A stretch of DNA of 64,000 nt from Candidatus Hydrogenedentota bacterium (GCA_034669905.1 JAXMOL010000004.1:32001-96000); one strand, 5' to 3'. Shown: positions 1-10,495, counted from the first letter of the stretch. The notes: generated by a model not told the origin, from the sequence alone. A program made the numbers and translations.

Positions 1-1110
1 CTCCTGGGTACGGTGCGGGATTTCAAACAGCATGGAAACTGCGGGGCCTGGGTGTCGGAATGTCTTCCCCACACCGCAGGTATTGTCGATGATATTTCCT
101 TCCTGAAGACCGTGGCCACCGACGTGCCCAATCATGCCCCTGCCAAGATCTTTATGAATACCGGTTCAGGCCAGTTCGGACGTCCGAGCATGGGGGCCTG
201 GGTGAACTACGGCATCGGCAGTGAGTCCCAGAATCTTCCCGGCTTCGTCGTCCTTCAGTCGGGCCCCCGGGGGCCCCGTGGCGGCCAGCCCAACTGGGGG
301 AGCGGTTTTCTGCCAGCGGCCCACCAGGGCGTTCCCTTTCGGTCCACCGGGGATCCCATCCTGAATCTGAGTACACCCGAATCCATCTCTGCGGATAGCC
401 AGCGTCGCGTCATTGACGCGGTCAATGGCCTCAATCGCGCCCGACTGGACGTGACTGGGGACGGCGAAATCGCCGCCCGTATCAGTTCCTATGAAATGGC
501 GTACCGCATGCAGAGCAGTGCCCCTGAATTAATGGACCTCTCCAAAGAGAGCCAACATACCCTTGATCTCTACGGTGCGAAAGTCGGGGAGCCGTCCTAC
601 GCCATGAATTGCCTGCTCGCCCGGCGGCTCGTGGAGCGGGGGGTACGGTTCATACAGCTTTACCACACCAACTGGGACCACCACGGGGGCAACTCCGAAA
701 ACCTTTCGAACAGCCTCGACGAAGTCTGCCACGATGTGGACCAGGGTTCCGCTGCGCTGGTGAAGGATCTTAAACAACGGGGGCTTCTTGAAGATACGCT
801 GGTAATCTGGGGGGGCGAGTTTGGAAGAACCCCCATGGGAGAGATTCGCGATACGGTGGGACGTAACCACCATATTGAATGCTCCACCATGTGGATGGCC
901 GGAGGCGGTGTAAAGGCGGGCTATACCCTCGGCGAGACCGACGAACTGGGTTTCAGCCCGGTGGATGCGCCCGTCCATGTCCACGATCTGCAAGCAACGA
1001 TTTTACATCAACTGGGAATTGATCACGAAAAGCTGACCTACCGATTCCAGGGGCGCGACTTCCGCCTCACCGATGTGGCCGGTCATGTGCAACACGATCT
1101 ACTTGTTTAG
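1..1110 (+). CDS. DUF1501 domain-containing protein (5' truncated by window)
   Basis: Open frame from window start; DUF1501-type motifs RPSMGAWVNYG, CLLARRLVERGVRFIQL, WDHH, WGGEFGRTP, HVHDLQATILHQLG, GRDFRLTDV. Confidence 0.85.
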   Translation, partial: LLGTVRDFKQHGNCGAWVSECLPHTAGIVDDISFLKTVATDVPNHAPAKIFMNTGSGQFGRPSMGAWVNYGIGSESQNLPGFVVLQSGPRGPRGGQPNWGSGFLPAAHQGVPFRSTGDPILNLSTPESISADSQRRVIDAVNGLNRARLDVTGDGEIAARISSYEMAYRMQSSAPELMDLSKESQHTLDLYGAKVGEPSYAMNCLLARRLVERGVRFIQLYHTNWDHHGGNSENLSNSLDEVCHDVDQGSAALVKDLKQRGLLEDTLVIWGGEFGRTPMGEIRDTVGRNHHIECSTMWMAGGGVKAGYTLGETDELGFSPVDAPVHVHDLQATILHQLGIDHEKLTYRFQGRDFRLTDVAGHVQHDLLV

Positions 1111-1124
1111 GGGGATACGGTATC

Positions 1125-2048
1125 GTGCCTGTAAGTATTCAAGTTCAGATAACCACCTGTGTTACGAAAATCGTGGCTACGGAGCCAGCGTCCGTCCTCG
1201 ATGTGGGCTGTGGCTTCGGAAAGTGGGGCTATCTATGCCGGGAATACCTCGATGCCTTTAACGGGCGGTGGCGTCCGGAAGATTGGACCACCCGCATTGA
1301 TGGGATTGAGTTTTTCGAACCCTATATTCTCGCCCATCAGCGGGCCCTGTACAGCAACATCACGATTGGAGATATTCGGGATCTGTGCCATAGCATCGAC
1401 GAATACGATCTCATTATTGCCGGTGATGTAATTGAACACATGCATAAAGATGAGGCCGAGGAAGTGGTCGAAACCCTCTATGCAAAGGCGCGGAAGATGC
1501 TCATCGTCAATATCCCCCTGGGCAAGGGGTGGGATCACCCGGCCCAATACGGCAACCCTGCGGAATTGCATCGCAGCGAATGGTACACGGAAGATTTCGA
1601 GGGCTATGCCACCGAGCGTGAGACCTATCGTTTGCCGGCGGGAATTGACTACGGTTCCTTCTATTGTGAGAAGGGACTCGATCCCCATGTGCGTATCGCG
1701 GGCTTTGTCAATGCGTCCCTCTTTTATGACAAACAAGGCGACTCGGCAAACGCCCTCCGGTATCTGGAACGGGCCCAGCGTGTAGAGGCGGAACCGCTGG
1801 AATCTACCTTGTTACTCGCAGATACAATGATTCAGTTGGGGAAAGTGGAAATGGCGCAAGAGCGCCTTGGCTGGGCGATAGAACAGTTACCGGAAAACGG
1901 GATGCTACGCCTCTTTCTTGCAAAGCTGTTGTACGCCCGGGGGCAGCAACGCGAAGCGCTGATTACCCTGCAGGAAGTGGCAGCATTGGAAAACCTGGAG
2001 CCCGCGTTAAGGCAGGAAACGGAAGGCTTGATGGCAAGCTGGACGTGA
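1125..2048 (+). CDS. Class I SAM-dependent methyltransferase with C-terminal TPR-like repeats
   Basis: VLDVGCGFG motif I, GDVIEH motif; C-terminal helical TPR-like segment; GTG start with G-rich RBS. Confidence 0.75.
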   Translation: MPVSIQVQITTCVTKIVATEPASVLDVGCGFGKWGYLCREYLDAFNGRWRPEDWTTRIDGIEFFEPYILAHQRALYSNITIGDIRDLCHSIDEYDLIIAGDVIEHMHKDEAEEVVETLYAKARKMLIVNIPLGKGWDHPAQYGNPAELHRSEWYTEDFEGYATERETYRLPAGIDYGSFYCEKGLDPHVRIAGFVNASLFYDKQGDSANALRYLERAQRVEAEPLESTLLLADTMIQLGKVEMAQERLGWAIEQLPENGMLRLFLAKLLYARGQQREALITLQEVAALENLEPALRQETEGLMASWT

Positions 2049-2054
2049 GCCGGG

Positions 2055-3077
2055 TCAGGCCTTGTTCTGGACGATTTCTTTGACCAGATCTTTGCGTACG
2101 GAATAGGAGCGCTTGCCGTACTGGATGAAGTAGTAGGGATCCTTGTCTTCGATCTTGTCGGCGGGCTGTGTCAAGCCGCTGTGGAACTGGATGACGTAAG
2201 GATAGCCACCGCCAAGGGGCTGACCGGGGCCGGGACGTTTGGGTGTGGCGTCCTTTTTCGACCCGTCGCTACGGCCATGGGTGGCCCGTGACGCCGTCAT
2301 CTTCGGGAAGCGGGGACGGGTCAGGGTGCTCGTGTCCCCTGCATATTGCTTTACACGAACCACATACTCCCGCGTCTCTTTGAAGGGCGGAACTCCGCCG
2401 TGTTTCTTTACATTGCCCGGGCCAGCATTGTAGGCGGCCAACGCCAGGGTCGTGTCGTTATCGAATAGTTCCAGCATCTTTGCGAGATACTGGGTGCCGC
2501 CGGCGATGTTCTGTGCGGGGTCAAAGATATCCGAAACGCCCATGTCCCCCGCGGTGCCCGGCATGAGCTGCATGAGACCACAGGCCCCTGCACTGGATCG
2601 GGCATTGGGGTTCCAATTGCTTTCGGCCTTGATCACCGCGTAGACCAACGTATCATCCACGCCGTAAAGTTTAGAATAGTGAGAAACCAGTTTGGAGTAG
2701 TCGTTGGAGCTATACCCCGTAGGTTTTCGCGCCTTGCGGTATTCCGGGTGGATTACGATGGGGTCAAATTTCAGTCGGTCCTCACGAAAATCCGGGTGCC
2801 GCTTATACTTCGAGATGCGGTTGGTGAGGGTGGGCGTCCCGGAACTGCTCTTGAACCGGCGCATCCCCAACTCACTACGGCGCTTTGTGGCCGAGTTTCG
2901 CCGGTTGACCATGTGTGATTTGCCAATGGTCTTGGGGGCCACTTCCTCCTCGGCAAGGCTTGCAGAGGGCCAGCCGAGCCCAGAAAACAACCCCGTTACC
3001 ATCAGAATGGCAACAGGCAGACACTGGGTCCGGAGCCGGTCAAGAGAAACCGGTTTTTTCAAGATTGCATACATCAT
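2055..3077 (-). CDS. Lytic transglycosylase (SLT domain), exported
   Basis: [36 protein letters not shown] motifs; N-terminal hydrophobic signal; start uncertain. Confidence 0.85.
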   Translation of the reverse strand: MMYAILKKPVSLDRLRTQCLPVAILMVTGLFSGLGWPSASLAEEEVAPKTIGKSHMVNRRNSATKRRSELGMRRFKSSSGTPTLTNRISKYKRHPDFREDRLKFDPIVIHPEYRKARKPTGYSSNDYSKLVSHYSKLYGVDDTLVYAVIKAESNWNPNARSSAGACGLMQLMPGTAGDMGVSDIFDPAQNIAGGTQYLAKMLELFDNDTTLALAAYNAGPGNVKKHGGVPPFKETREYVVRVKQYAGDTSTLTRPRFPKMTASRATHGRSDGSKKDATPKRPGPGQPLGGGYPYVIQFHSGLTQPADKIEDKDPYYFIQYGKRSYSVRKDLVKEIVQNKA

Positions 3078-3213
3078 CGTCAATAGTATACGTGTCCCTT
3101 TGAGAAAGCACAAGGCAAAATACCGCCCAATCCAGCCCGGCTACGATTTGCCCTTGCGTGACTACCGGTACCAGTGATACCGTTGTGCCAACCTCCAAGG
3201 AAGCTCCCTGCCG

Positions 3214-3690
3214 ATGGCCGATTCTATCGAAGCCCAGATCATACAATATCTTGATGAAACGAAAAAAACCGTGGCTACGGCCGAATCCTGTAGCGGTGGT
3301 CTGATTGCGCACCGCCTCACCAACGTTCCCGGCTCATCAGGCCCATTCCCGGGCGGTCTGGTGGCCTACAGCAATGACGTCAAGAAGGCGTTGCTTTCCG
3401 TTCCAGAAGAAACCTTATCTGTCTACGGCGCCGTAAGTCAACAGACGGCCATCGCTATGGCGGAGGGTGCGCGGGCACAATTCGGTACCGATTACGCGGT
3501 TGCCGTAACCGGCATTGCGGGCCCGGGTGGTGGCACCGAGGAGAAGCCGGTCGGGCTGGTGCACATGGCGGTTGCCCGTGCTGCGGCAACCGAGGCATGC
3601 CATCACCACTTTGAAGGTGACCGGGAAATTATTAAACTGAAAACATCCGAGGCCGCTTTGGCCCTCTTGTGGGAGAACATACGTAAATGA
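3214..3690 (+). CDS. cinA: CinA C-terminal family protein / NMN deamidase (PncC-like)
   Basis: ATAESCSGG, GAVS, TGIAGPGGGTEEKPVGLV motifs; 4-nt overlap with dnaE. Confidence 0.85.
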   Translation: MADSIEAQIIQYLDETKKTVATAESCSGGLIAHRLTNVPGSSGPFPGGLVAYSNDVKKALLSVPEETLSVYGAVSQQTAIAMAEGARAQFGTDYAVAVTGIAGPGGGTEEKPVGLVHMAVARAAATEACHHHFEGDREIIKLKTSEAALALLWENIRK

Positions 3691-6600
3691 GTTCCGGATT
3701 CGTCCATCTTCATGTCCATTCGGATTACAGCGTGCTGGATGGTGCCTGTAAGACCAAAGAGCTGTTGGATCGCTGTGAGCAGTACGGCATGAACGCCTGC
3801 GCCCTGACGGATCATGGCAATCTCTTTGGTGCCGTTGAGTTTTACCAGATGGCGAAGTCTCGGGGCATCAAGCCGATTATCGGTTGCGAGTTGTACGTCG
3901 CGCCCGCCGATCGAAAAGATACGAGTACCAAGTATCTGGGCTCCTACAACAACCATTTCCTGCTCCTGTGCGAAAATGAAGCCGGGTACCATAATCTCTG
4001 CAAATTGAGTTCCAAGGGGTATCTCGAGGGCTTTTATTACAAGCCACGGGTCGACGATGAGTTGCTGGCCAAGCATTCCGAAGGGTTGATTGCGACGACT
4101 TCCTGTCTGGCGGGCCGCGTGCCCCAGGCCATTATGCAGGACAACATGGATCTGGCGGTTTCCCAATTGGAGCGCTATATCGAGATCTTCGGCAAGGACA
4201 ACTACCTCGTCGAACTCATGCACCACGGTATTGAGGAGCAGGAGAAGGTGAACCCTGTGCTTCAGCAGTTGGCGGAAGACTATGGGCTCATGTTGGTCGC
4301 CACCAACGACTGCCACTACATTGACCAAAGTGATTCCGAAGCCCACGAGGCCTTGCTCTGTGTGCAGACGGGTACGACGCTGGAAGACGAGAAACGCTTT
4401 AAATTCCCCACCCAGGAATTCCACTTCCGCACCGAAGAAGAAATGCGGGAAGTCTTTAAGGATTGTCCCGAGGCCGTCGACAATACGGTTAAGGTGGCAG
4501 AGCGCTGTAACCTCGAGATTCCTCTGGGCGAAAGTCTGATCCCGGCATACCAGCCCGACGGGGGCTATGTGGACGGGGCGACGCCTCTGAGCTACCTGAC
4601 GGAGCTCGTCATGACCGGCGTCGAGCAGCGCTACGGCACACCGCCCCCGCCGGAATACGTCGAGCGGGCGGAGTTCGAGCTCAGTGTTATCGAGCGCATG
4701 AAGTTTGTCGATTATTTCCTCGTGGTATGGGATTTGATTAATTTCGCCAACCAGGAAGGCATCCCCGTAGGCCCAGGGCGTGGTTCGGGTGCCGGTAGTA
4801 TCGTGGCTTACGCGCTCAAGATCACCAATATTGATCCCATGCGCTACAACCTCCTGTTCGAGCGCTTCCTCAATCCCGAGCGGGTATCCATGCCCGATTT
4901 CGACATCGATTTCTGCTACAACCGCCGGGAAGAAATGATCGCCTATTCGTATGAGAAGTACGGACGGGAGAATGTCAGTCAGATTATTACCTTCGGCCGT
5001 ATGCTCGCCAAGAACGTGATCCGTAATGTGGGCCGCGTCCTGGGGATGAGCTACGGGGATGTGGATCGTATTGCCAAACTGGTGCCCGACGAGCTGAAGA
5101 TCAAGCTTCAAGACGCGGAAGACCGGGTCGAGGAGTTGCAACAGCTTATTGAGCAGGACCCACAGATCCGCAAGCTCTGGGGACTGGCCAAGCGCCTTGA
5201 GGGGACGATCGGTAACTGCGGCACCCACGCGGCCGGTGTGGTGATATGTGACCACGACCTGACGGACCACGTTGCCCTCTATAAGGCAAGCAATTCCGAC
5301 ACGGTCGCGACCCAGGTGGAGATGAAGTGCGTGGAGGAGGTGGGACTCCTCAAGATGGACTTCCTCGGACTCCGTACCCTCACGGTGGTGCATGAGGCCG
5401 TACGCCTGATCCGCGAGGGACGCGGGATCGAAATTGATATCGATAATATTTCCTGTGATGACGACACGACCTACAGTCTCCTGCGTTCGGGCCAGACCAC
5501 GGGAGTCTTCCAGTTGGAAAGCTCCGGTATGCGTGATTTGGCACGGCGTATCGGGTTGCAGAGCCTGGAAGAGATGAGTGCCCTCGTGGCCCTCTTCCGA
5601 CCCGGTCCCATGCAGTTCATCGATACCTATATCGAGGGTAAGTACAACCCGGAAACGATCAAATATGACCACGAACTGACCCGCTCCATCCTGGAAGAAA
5701 CCTACGGTATTGCCGTTTATCAGGAGCAGGTGATGCAGCTGGTACAGGCCTGTGCCGGATTCAGCCTGGGACAGGCAGACATCGTGCGTCGTGCCATGGG
5801 TAAGAAAAAGAAGGATCTGCTCGATGAGCAGAAGGCCAAGTTTATTGCGGGGTGTGCCGAAAAGGACATCGATGCGAAGCTGGCCGGGGTCATTTGGGAC
5901 AAGATTGAAACCTTCGCGGGGTATGGCTTTAACAAATCTCACAGTGTGGCCTATGCCTTCGTGGCCTACCAGACCGCTTATCTCAAGGCGAATTATCCGG
6001 TAGAGTTCATGTGCGCCCTGCTGACCAGTGAATCGGGGAACCTGGATAAGGTGGCCATGTACGTCGATGAATGCCGACGGATGGGTATCGATGTGCTGCC
6101 ACCCGACATCAATCACAGTTGGAATTATTTCGCCGTGGACGGTCAGTCCATTCGCTTTGGCATGGGTGCCATTAAAAACGTGGGGGAGGGGCCCACCGCA
6201 GAGATTACCCGGGAGCGCACCGAGAATGGTCCCTTTGAAGATCTCTTCGACATGTGCAAACGGGTAGATACGCGCATCGTGAACCGTCGGTGTATTGAAA
6301 GCCTCAACCGTGCCGGTGCCTTTGTTGGAATGGGCTGGAATCGGAAACAGGTCGAAGCGGTGCTTGACCAGGCCCTGGGCGAAGGGCAAAGCGCCCAGCG
6401 GGACCGGGATGCCGGCCAGTTCTCACTCTTCGATATGGATGGCATGGCCGACACAATGGCCACCATGCACCAGAAGCCCGAGCTGCCGGAATATCCCGAC
6501 CATGAAGTGCTTCAGATGGAGAAAGAACTGCTGGGGCTCTATATCAGCAGCCACCCCCTCGATCCCTATCTGGATATCATCGACCGCTTCGGCACGGTCA

Positions 6601-7220
6601 ATCTGATCAACCTTGCGGAATACAAGGAGGGCCAGATGATCAATGTGGCCGGGTCGGTCAGTACGGTGCGCATTCACGTCACGAAAACGAACAAGCGTAT
6701 GGCCTTCCTCGGGTTGGAAACGCGCCAGGGCCTGATCGAGGTGACGGTGTTCTCCGACACCTTTGAGCAGAAGGCCGGGCTCCTCGCCCAGGACATGATC
6801 GTCATGATTCAGGCGCGGGTCAATTATCGCAACGATGAACCGGGCCTGGTGGCAAACGATGTGTTCGCTATCGAAGATGCTGAGCGTCAACTGGTGAAGG
6901 CGGTTCACATCACGCTGGAAGGAGAGGCGCTCCAGGAAGAGCGGGTGGAGAAACTGGCCGAACTGCTTGGAAACGCCAAGGGGGAATGCGACGTCTATCT
7001 CCACTGCACGACACGTCAGGGCAAGAAGGTAGTCATTCATGCTACCGAAGCCTGCCTGGTTCCGGCCACCCGTCAGTTTTCCTATGCCATTGAAGAAATT
7101 GCAGGCATGGATAGTGTCTGGTTTTCTGCCGGTATGGGGCTTCCGACCCACCGTCCGGAGGAGATTAAAGTTCGGGAACCCAAGCCGTGGGAACGGAAAA
7201 AGAAGAGCCAGCCCGCGTAA
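3687..7220 (+). CDS. dnaE: DNA polymerase III subunit alpha
   Basis: PHP domain HLHVHSDYS/TDHG, GPGRGSGAGS, ERVSMPDFDIDF, THAAG, LLKMDFLGL, FAGYGFNKSH, C-terminal OB fold. Confidence 0.97.
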   Translation: MSSGFVHLHVHSDYSVLDGACKTKELLDRCEQYGMNACALTDHGNLFGAVEFYQMAKSRGIKPIIGCELYVAPADRKDTSTKYLGSYNNHFLLLCENEAGYHNLCKLSSKGYLEGFYYKPRVDDELLAKHSEGLIATTSCLAGRVPQAIMQDNMDLAVSQLERYIEIFGKDNYLVELMHHGIEEQEKVNPVLQQLAEDYGLMLVATNDCHYIDQSDSEAHEALLCVQTGTTLEDEKRFKFPTQEFHFRTEEEMREVFKDCPEAVDNTVKVAERCNLEIPLGESLIPAYQPDGGYVDGATPLSYLTELVMTGVEQRYGTPPPPEYVERAEFELSVIERMKFVDYFLVVWDLINFANQEGIPVGPGRGSGAGSIVAYALKITNIDPMRYNLLFERFLNPERVSMPDFDIDFCYNRREEMIAYSYEKYGRENVSQIITFGRMLAKNVIRNVGRVLGMSYGDVDRIAKLVPDELKIKLQDAEDRVEELQQLIEQDPQIRKLWGLAKRLEGTIGNCGTHAAGVVICDHDLTDHVALYKASNSDTVATQVEMKCVEEVGLLKMDFLGLRTLTVVHEAVRLIREGRGIEIDIDNISCDDDTTYSLLRSGQTTGVFQLESSGMRDLARRIGLQSLEEMSALVALFRPGPMQFIDTYIEGKYNPETIKYDHELTRSILEETYGIAVYQEQVMQLVQACAGFSLGQADIVRRAMGKKKKDLLDEQKAKFIAGCAEKDIDAKLAGVIWDKIETFAGYGFNKSHSVAYAFVAYQTAYLKANYPVEFMCALLTSESGNLDKVAMYVDECRRMGIDVLPPDINHSWNYFAVDGQSIRFGMGAIKNVGEGPTAEITRERTENGPFEDLFDMCKRVDTRIVNRRCIESLNRAGAFVGMGWNRKQVEAVLDQALGEGQSAQRDRDAGQFSLFDMDGMADTMATMHQKPELPEYPDHEVLQMEKELLGLYISSHPLDPYLDIIDRFGTVNLINLAEYKEGQMINVAGSVSTVRIHVTKTNKRMAFLGLETRQGLIEVTVFSDTFEQKAGLLAQDMIVMIQARVNYRNDEPGLVANDVFAIEDAERQLVKAVHITLEGEALQEERVEKLAELLGNAKGECDVYLHCTTRQGKKVVIHATEACLVPATRQFSYAIEEIAGMDSVWFSAGMGLPTHRPEEIKVREPKPWERKKKSQPA

Positions 7221-7300
7221 TCTCTTTGCAAAAATCCGCTTTTCTACGGTAAACTTTAGGCTGGGTATACCTAACGTACTACTCTTGAGGTACTTAAGAT

Positions 7301-7942
7301 ATGTTTTATGCAATGCTCCTTACGCTCGCGGGACTCGCAGCCACCATGGAAGTCTCCAATGAACCCGTCGCCTTTGTGGTGGACTATGGGGAGATGAAGG
7401 ATATTTCCCTCACCGCCCAGGATGTGTTGGTGTTCTCCTTCGACCTTCCGCAGGTGAGGACCATCGAAAACAGCCAGGTGACCTACGCCAAGCGGAGCAT
7501 GGCCGAGATGATGGCCGCCATCGTCCCTGTCGAACCTCCGGATAGCAAACCTACCTTGCCCAATGAAAGCCGCAAGAAAAAGCGTCTGGACCATACGCCA
7601 CCCTTTACGGGCACGGTCACTGGGGACGTGACGATCCTGAAAAGTGCGGTCAACCAGCGCATTATTCTGGTTTCCAACATTCAGGGCGATGGGTTGATGC
7701 AGGTCCTGGTGCGGGGGAACACGGCGAAAAAGGCTGATGGCGCCGAAGCCAAGGCCCTCTTGAATACGCCGTTGGTCATTGTGCGCAATTCCAAAGCAGC
7801 GACCGAGGTGGTCGTCGATGGCGCTAAATCACAGAAGATCGAAGACGTGGCGCCCGCAGTGAAATCGTCGCTCACCTCCCATTTCAACGGAGCGCTTCCC
7901 GAAAACCTGCGGATCGTGGAGCAGACCATCACGGTAGAGTAG
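7301..7942 (+). CDS. Hypothetical exported protein
   Basis: 213-aa ORF with N-terminal signal-like segment, GAGG RBS and upstream TTGCAA-18-TAAACT promoter-like sequence. Confidence 0.6.
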   Translation: MFYAMLLTLAGLAATMEVSNEPVAFVVDYGEMKDISLTAQDVLVFSFDLPQVRTIENSQVTYAKRSMAEMMAAIVPVEPPDSKPTLPNESRKKKRLDHTPPFTGTVTGDVTILKSAVNQRIILVSNIQGDGLMQVLVRGNTAKKADGAEAKALLNTPLVIVRNSKAATEVVVDGAKSQKIEDVAPAVKSSLTSHFNGALPENLRIVEQTITVE

Positions 7943-8080
7943 GCCGTCCCCGTCGGAGTGTACTCGGCCCCAGTCCAACGTGTCTGCAGTCGTGCCGAAA
8001 GCGCCGTCAGGTTGTAGTACCGATTGAGTTTCCCCATTGCGCGTTGCGCGAGCCCCCCGTCCAGGGGACCCGCTACCGGA

Positions 8081-8109
8081 TTGACGGCATGGGGGATTTT
8101 TGCTAAACT
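8081..8109 (+). promoter_or_regulatory. Putative sigma70 promoter for the MinD-like/bactofilin operon
   Basis: TTGACG-17 nt-TAAACT with extended -10 TG. Confidence 0.55.
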
Positions 8110-8153
8110 CAAGGCAATCAACTGGATACAACTATGAGGTCCTGTCTGCGCTT

Positions 8154-9095
8154 ATGGGACTGAATCCGATAGATCGCTCGAAAGAGCAACGCCCTCAAAC
8201 GGCCTCACCAGAGATCCTGGTCATTGGTGGTGGCAAGGGCGGCGTGGGAAAGACCTGCTTCTCCGTCAATACGGCCGTGGAAGTGGCCCGCCGTGGCTGG
8301 CGCGTTATCCTGCTTGATGCCGATCTCAGCTGTTCCAATATTGAAACTGTGCTGGGTTTTCGTTCGGAAAAACGCCTGGATGATTTCTTCCTGCAGAAGG
8401 GCAAGAAACAACTCCAGGAAATCGTGTGCCAGACGCCCTATCCGAATCTGAGCCTCATACCCGGCACCAGCGGCCTGATGGATGCCGCCAATCCCCGCTT
8501 TCAGCAGAAGGTAGCGCTTATCCGGGAGTTGCGCCGGCTGGACGCCGATCTGGTCATGGTGGACTTGGACGCCGGTGCCCATCTGAACACCCTGGATTTC
8601 TTCCTGATGACCAATACCAACGGGGTCCTGGTCATTACCCCCGAGCGAACCAGTATCGACAACGCCTTCAAGTTCTTACGGGCTGCCTTATTTCGGCGCA
8701 TCGAGCGCTTTTATCGGAGTCCCGAAGTGGGCTTTCTCCTCAAGCGCAATGAAACCCTGACGGATTTTCTGATATCGATCAAGAAAGCGGACTGTTTTAA
8801 GACGTCCGTGAAAAAGCAGCTTTGTGATGAGTTGCTCGCCCTGGCGGCGGCATTCCGGCCCAAGATCGTGGTGAGCAAAGCCAGTAACGCCCATGAAGCC
8901 AAGATAGCGGCCACCATACTCGCCAAGTTCGCACGACAGCATCTCTGTATTGAGACGGAGAATCTGGGCTTTGTCTATTTTGATAAGTACGTTTCCGAAG
9001 CGGTAAACTCCGGGGTACCCTTCGTGGTGGGAAAACCACAACTGAAGATTTCAGGCTGCATCGTCGACATGGCGAACCGATTAGGATATTTTTAA
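8154..9095 (+). CDS. MinD/FlhG (FleN)-like ATPase
   Basis: Deviant Walker A GGGKGGVGKT, LLDADL, VDLDAG, VITPERTSI; ATG at 8154 lies downstream of the predicted promoter. Confidence 0.85.
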   Translation: MGLNPIDRSKEQRPQTASPEILVIGGGKGGVGKTCFSVNTAVEVARRGWRVILLDADLSCSNIETVLGFRSEKRLDDFFLQKGKKQLQEIVCQTPYPNLSLIPGTSGLMDAANPRFQQKVALIRELRRLDADLVMVDLDAGAHLNTLDFFLMTNTNGVLVITPERTSIDNAFKFLRAALFRRIERFYRSPEVGFLLKRNETLTDFLISIKKADCFKTSVKKQLCDELLALAAAFRPKIVVSKASNAHEAKIAATILAKFARQHLCIETENLGFVYFDKYVSEAVNSGVPFVVGKPQLKISGCIVDMANRLGYF

Positions 9096-9097
9096 TT

Positions 9098-9808
9098 ATG
9101 GCGCAAGATGACGTGAAAAAGGCCGAAAACACCCCCTTGGAACTCGACTTTGAGGCAGATGATGATTTCGACAAGCTGGACAAGGCCGGAAAGAAGGGGC
9201 TCTTGGGCCGCTTTAACAGCCGCTTTAATGACAAACTTCAGACCAGCCGAGGCCACGAACGCCAGCGGGATGCCGTTGCTGAAACGGCCAGCGCACCCAG
9301 TGCCAACGTGGATGAGCTGGCGATGCGGCGGGCTCGTACCGTGAGCAGTCAACGCATGATCATCCCCGAAGGGGTCATTATTGAAGGTTCGCTCAGCAGT
9401 GCCTCGGACACCGAAATCGGTGGACGGATCGAAGGTAATATCACCATTGAGGGACGCCTGCACCTCGGGCCCAGTGCCCTGATTTCCGGCAACGTACGGG
9501 CCGGTGCCTGCAAGATTGAAGGGCTGGTTGAAGGCAAGGTGGAGTGCTCGGAAGATCTCGAATTGGGACCCACCGGAAGATTAAATGCCGATATTCTTGC
9601 CGGGAAGCGAATACATATTGCAGGTCAGGTGTATGGTAATGTGACGACGCCCGGCATCTTGCGTCTGGCCGCCACGTCCGCCATTCATGGCGACGTTCGT
9701 GCCCGCAGCCTCGCGATGGAGGAAGGGGCAACCTTGAATGGCCAGTGTGTGATGCGTGCGCCGTCCCAGCAGCAACCGCAAACCGAAGGCAGTAAAAAGA
9801 AGAAGTAG
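9098..9808 (+). CDS. Bactofilin (polymer-forming cytoskeletal protein) with extended beta-helix
   Basis: Repeating I-x-G-x-I-x-G-N-V beta-helix rungs at aa 87-219 ending MEEGATLNGQCVM. Confidence 0.85.
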   Translation: MAQDDVKKAENTPLELDFEADDDFDKLDKAGKKGLLGRFNSRFNDKLQTSRGHERQRDAVAETASAPSANVDELAMRRARTVSSQRMIIPEGVIIEGSLSSASDTEIGGRIEGNITIEGRLHLGPSALISGNVRAGACKIEGLVEGKVECSEDLELGPTGRLNADILAGKRIHIAGQVYGNVTTPGILRLAATSAIHGDVRARSLAMEEGATLNGQCVMRAPSQQQPQTEGSKKKK

Positions 9809-9814
9809 CACACC

Positions 9815-10495
9815 ATGTATTTCGATCCACTCTATATGCTCATTATTTTCGTCACGATGGGCCTCTCTCTCTGGGCCCAGGCCAAAGTAAAAGGTGCCTA
9901 CAACAAGTATTCCCAGATCGGAAGTCGTTCCGGGATGACGGGCGCCGATATCGCCCAGTGGATGATGGACCGGGAAGGTATTCACGATGTGGCGCTGGAA
10001 CAGGTGGCCGGTGAGTTAACCGATCACTATGACCCCGCTGCCAAGGTGGTTCGTCTGTCCCAGGGCGTCTACAGCGGACGGAGTATCGCGGCCCTTGGGA
10101 TCGCCGCCCACGAGGTGGGCCATGTGATTCAGCATGCCCACGGCTACGCTCCCTTGCATCTTCGTTCCATTATGTATCCCACGGCAAGCATCGGTACGAA
10201 ATTGGCCTTCCCGCTGATCTTTATCGGGATCATTGCCGCGCCCCTGCACTTCCTCACGACCGTGGGCGTACTCTTGTTCGCGGCGGCGACGGCGTTCACG
10301 TTGGTGACGCTCCCGGTAGAGTTTAATGCCAGCAGCCGGGCTCTCCATGCCCTGGAAAACGGTAACATCCTCACTGCGGACGAAATGCCGGGTGCCCGCT
10401 CTGTGCTGGGTGCGGCCGCCTGGACCTACGTGGCGGCAGCCGTCGCATCGGTCTTGATGCTTTTGTATTACATCTCACTGGCGAACCGGCGATAG
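9815..10495 (+). CDS. Membrane neutral zinc metallopeptidase (YugP-like)
   Basis: LTDHYDP, AAHEVGHVIQH (HExxH), LPVEFNASSRAL, AAAWTYVA motifs; hydrophobic helices. Confidence 0.88.
   Translation: MYFDPLYMLIIFVTMGLSLWAQAKVKGAYNKYSQIGSRSGMTGADIAQWMMDREGIHDVALEQVAGELTDHYDPAAKVVRLSQGVYSGRSIAALGIAAHEVGHVIQHAHGYAPLHLRSIMYPTASIGTKLAFPLIFIGIIAAPLHFLTTVGVLLFAAATAFTLVTLPVEFNASSRALHALENGNILTADEMPGARSVLGAAAWTYVAAAVASVLMLLYYISLANRR

Noticed and set aside
3176..3191. TGGCAC sigma54-like element upstream of the SLT gene on the minus strand
   Set aside because: The -12 position reads TC rather than GC
3603..6389. 928-aa ORF antisense to dnaE
   Set aside because: Mirrors a highly conserved gene and has no motifs; a typical shadow ORF of GC-rich codon usage
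9087..9100. Possible -1 frameshift fusing the ATPase to bactofilin (TAT TTT TAA TT ATG)
   Set aside because: Only five T residues, so not a canonical slippery heptamer; bactofilin has its own AGGA RBS
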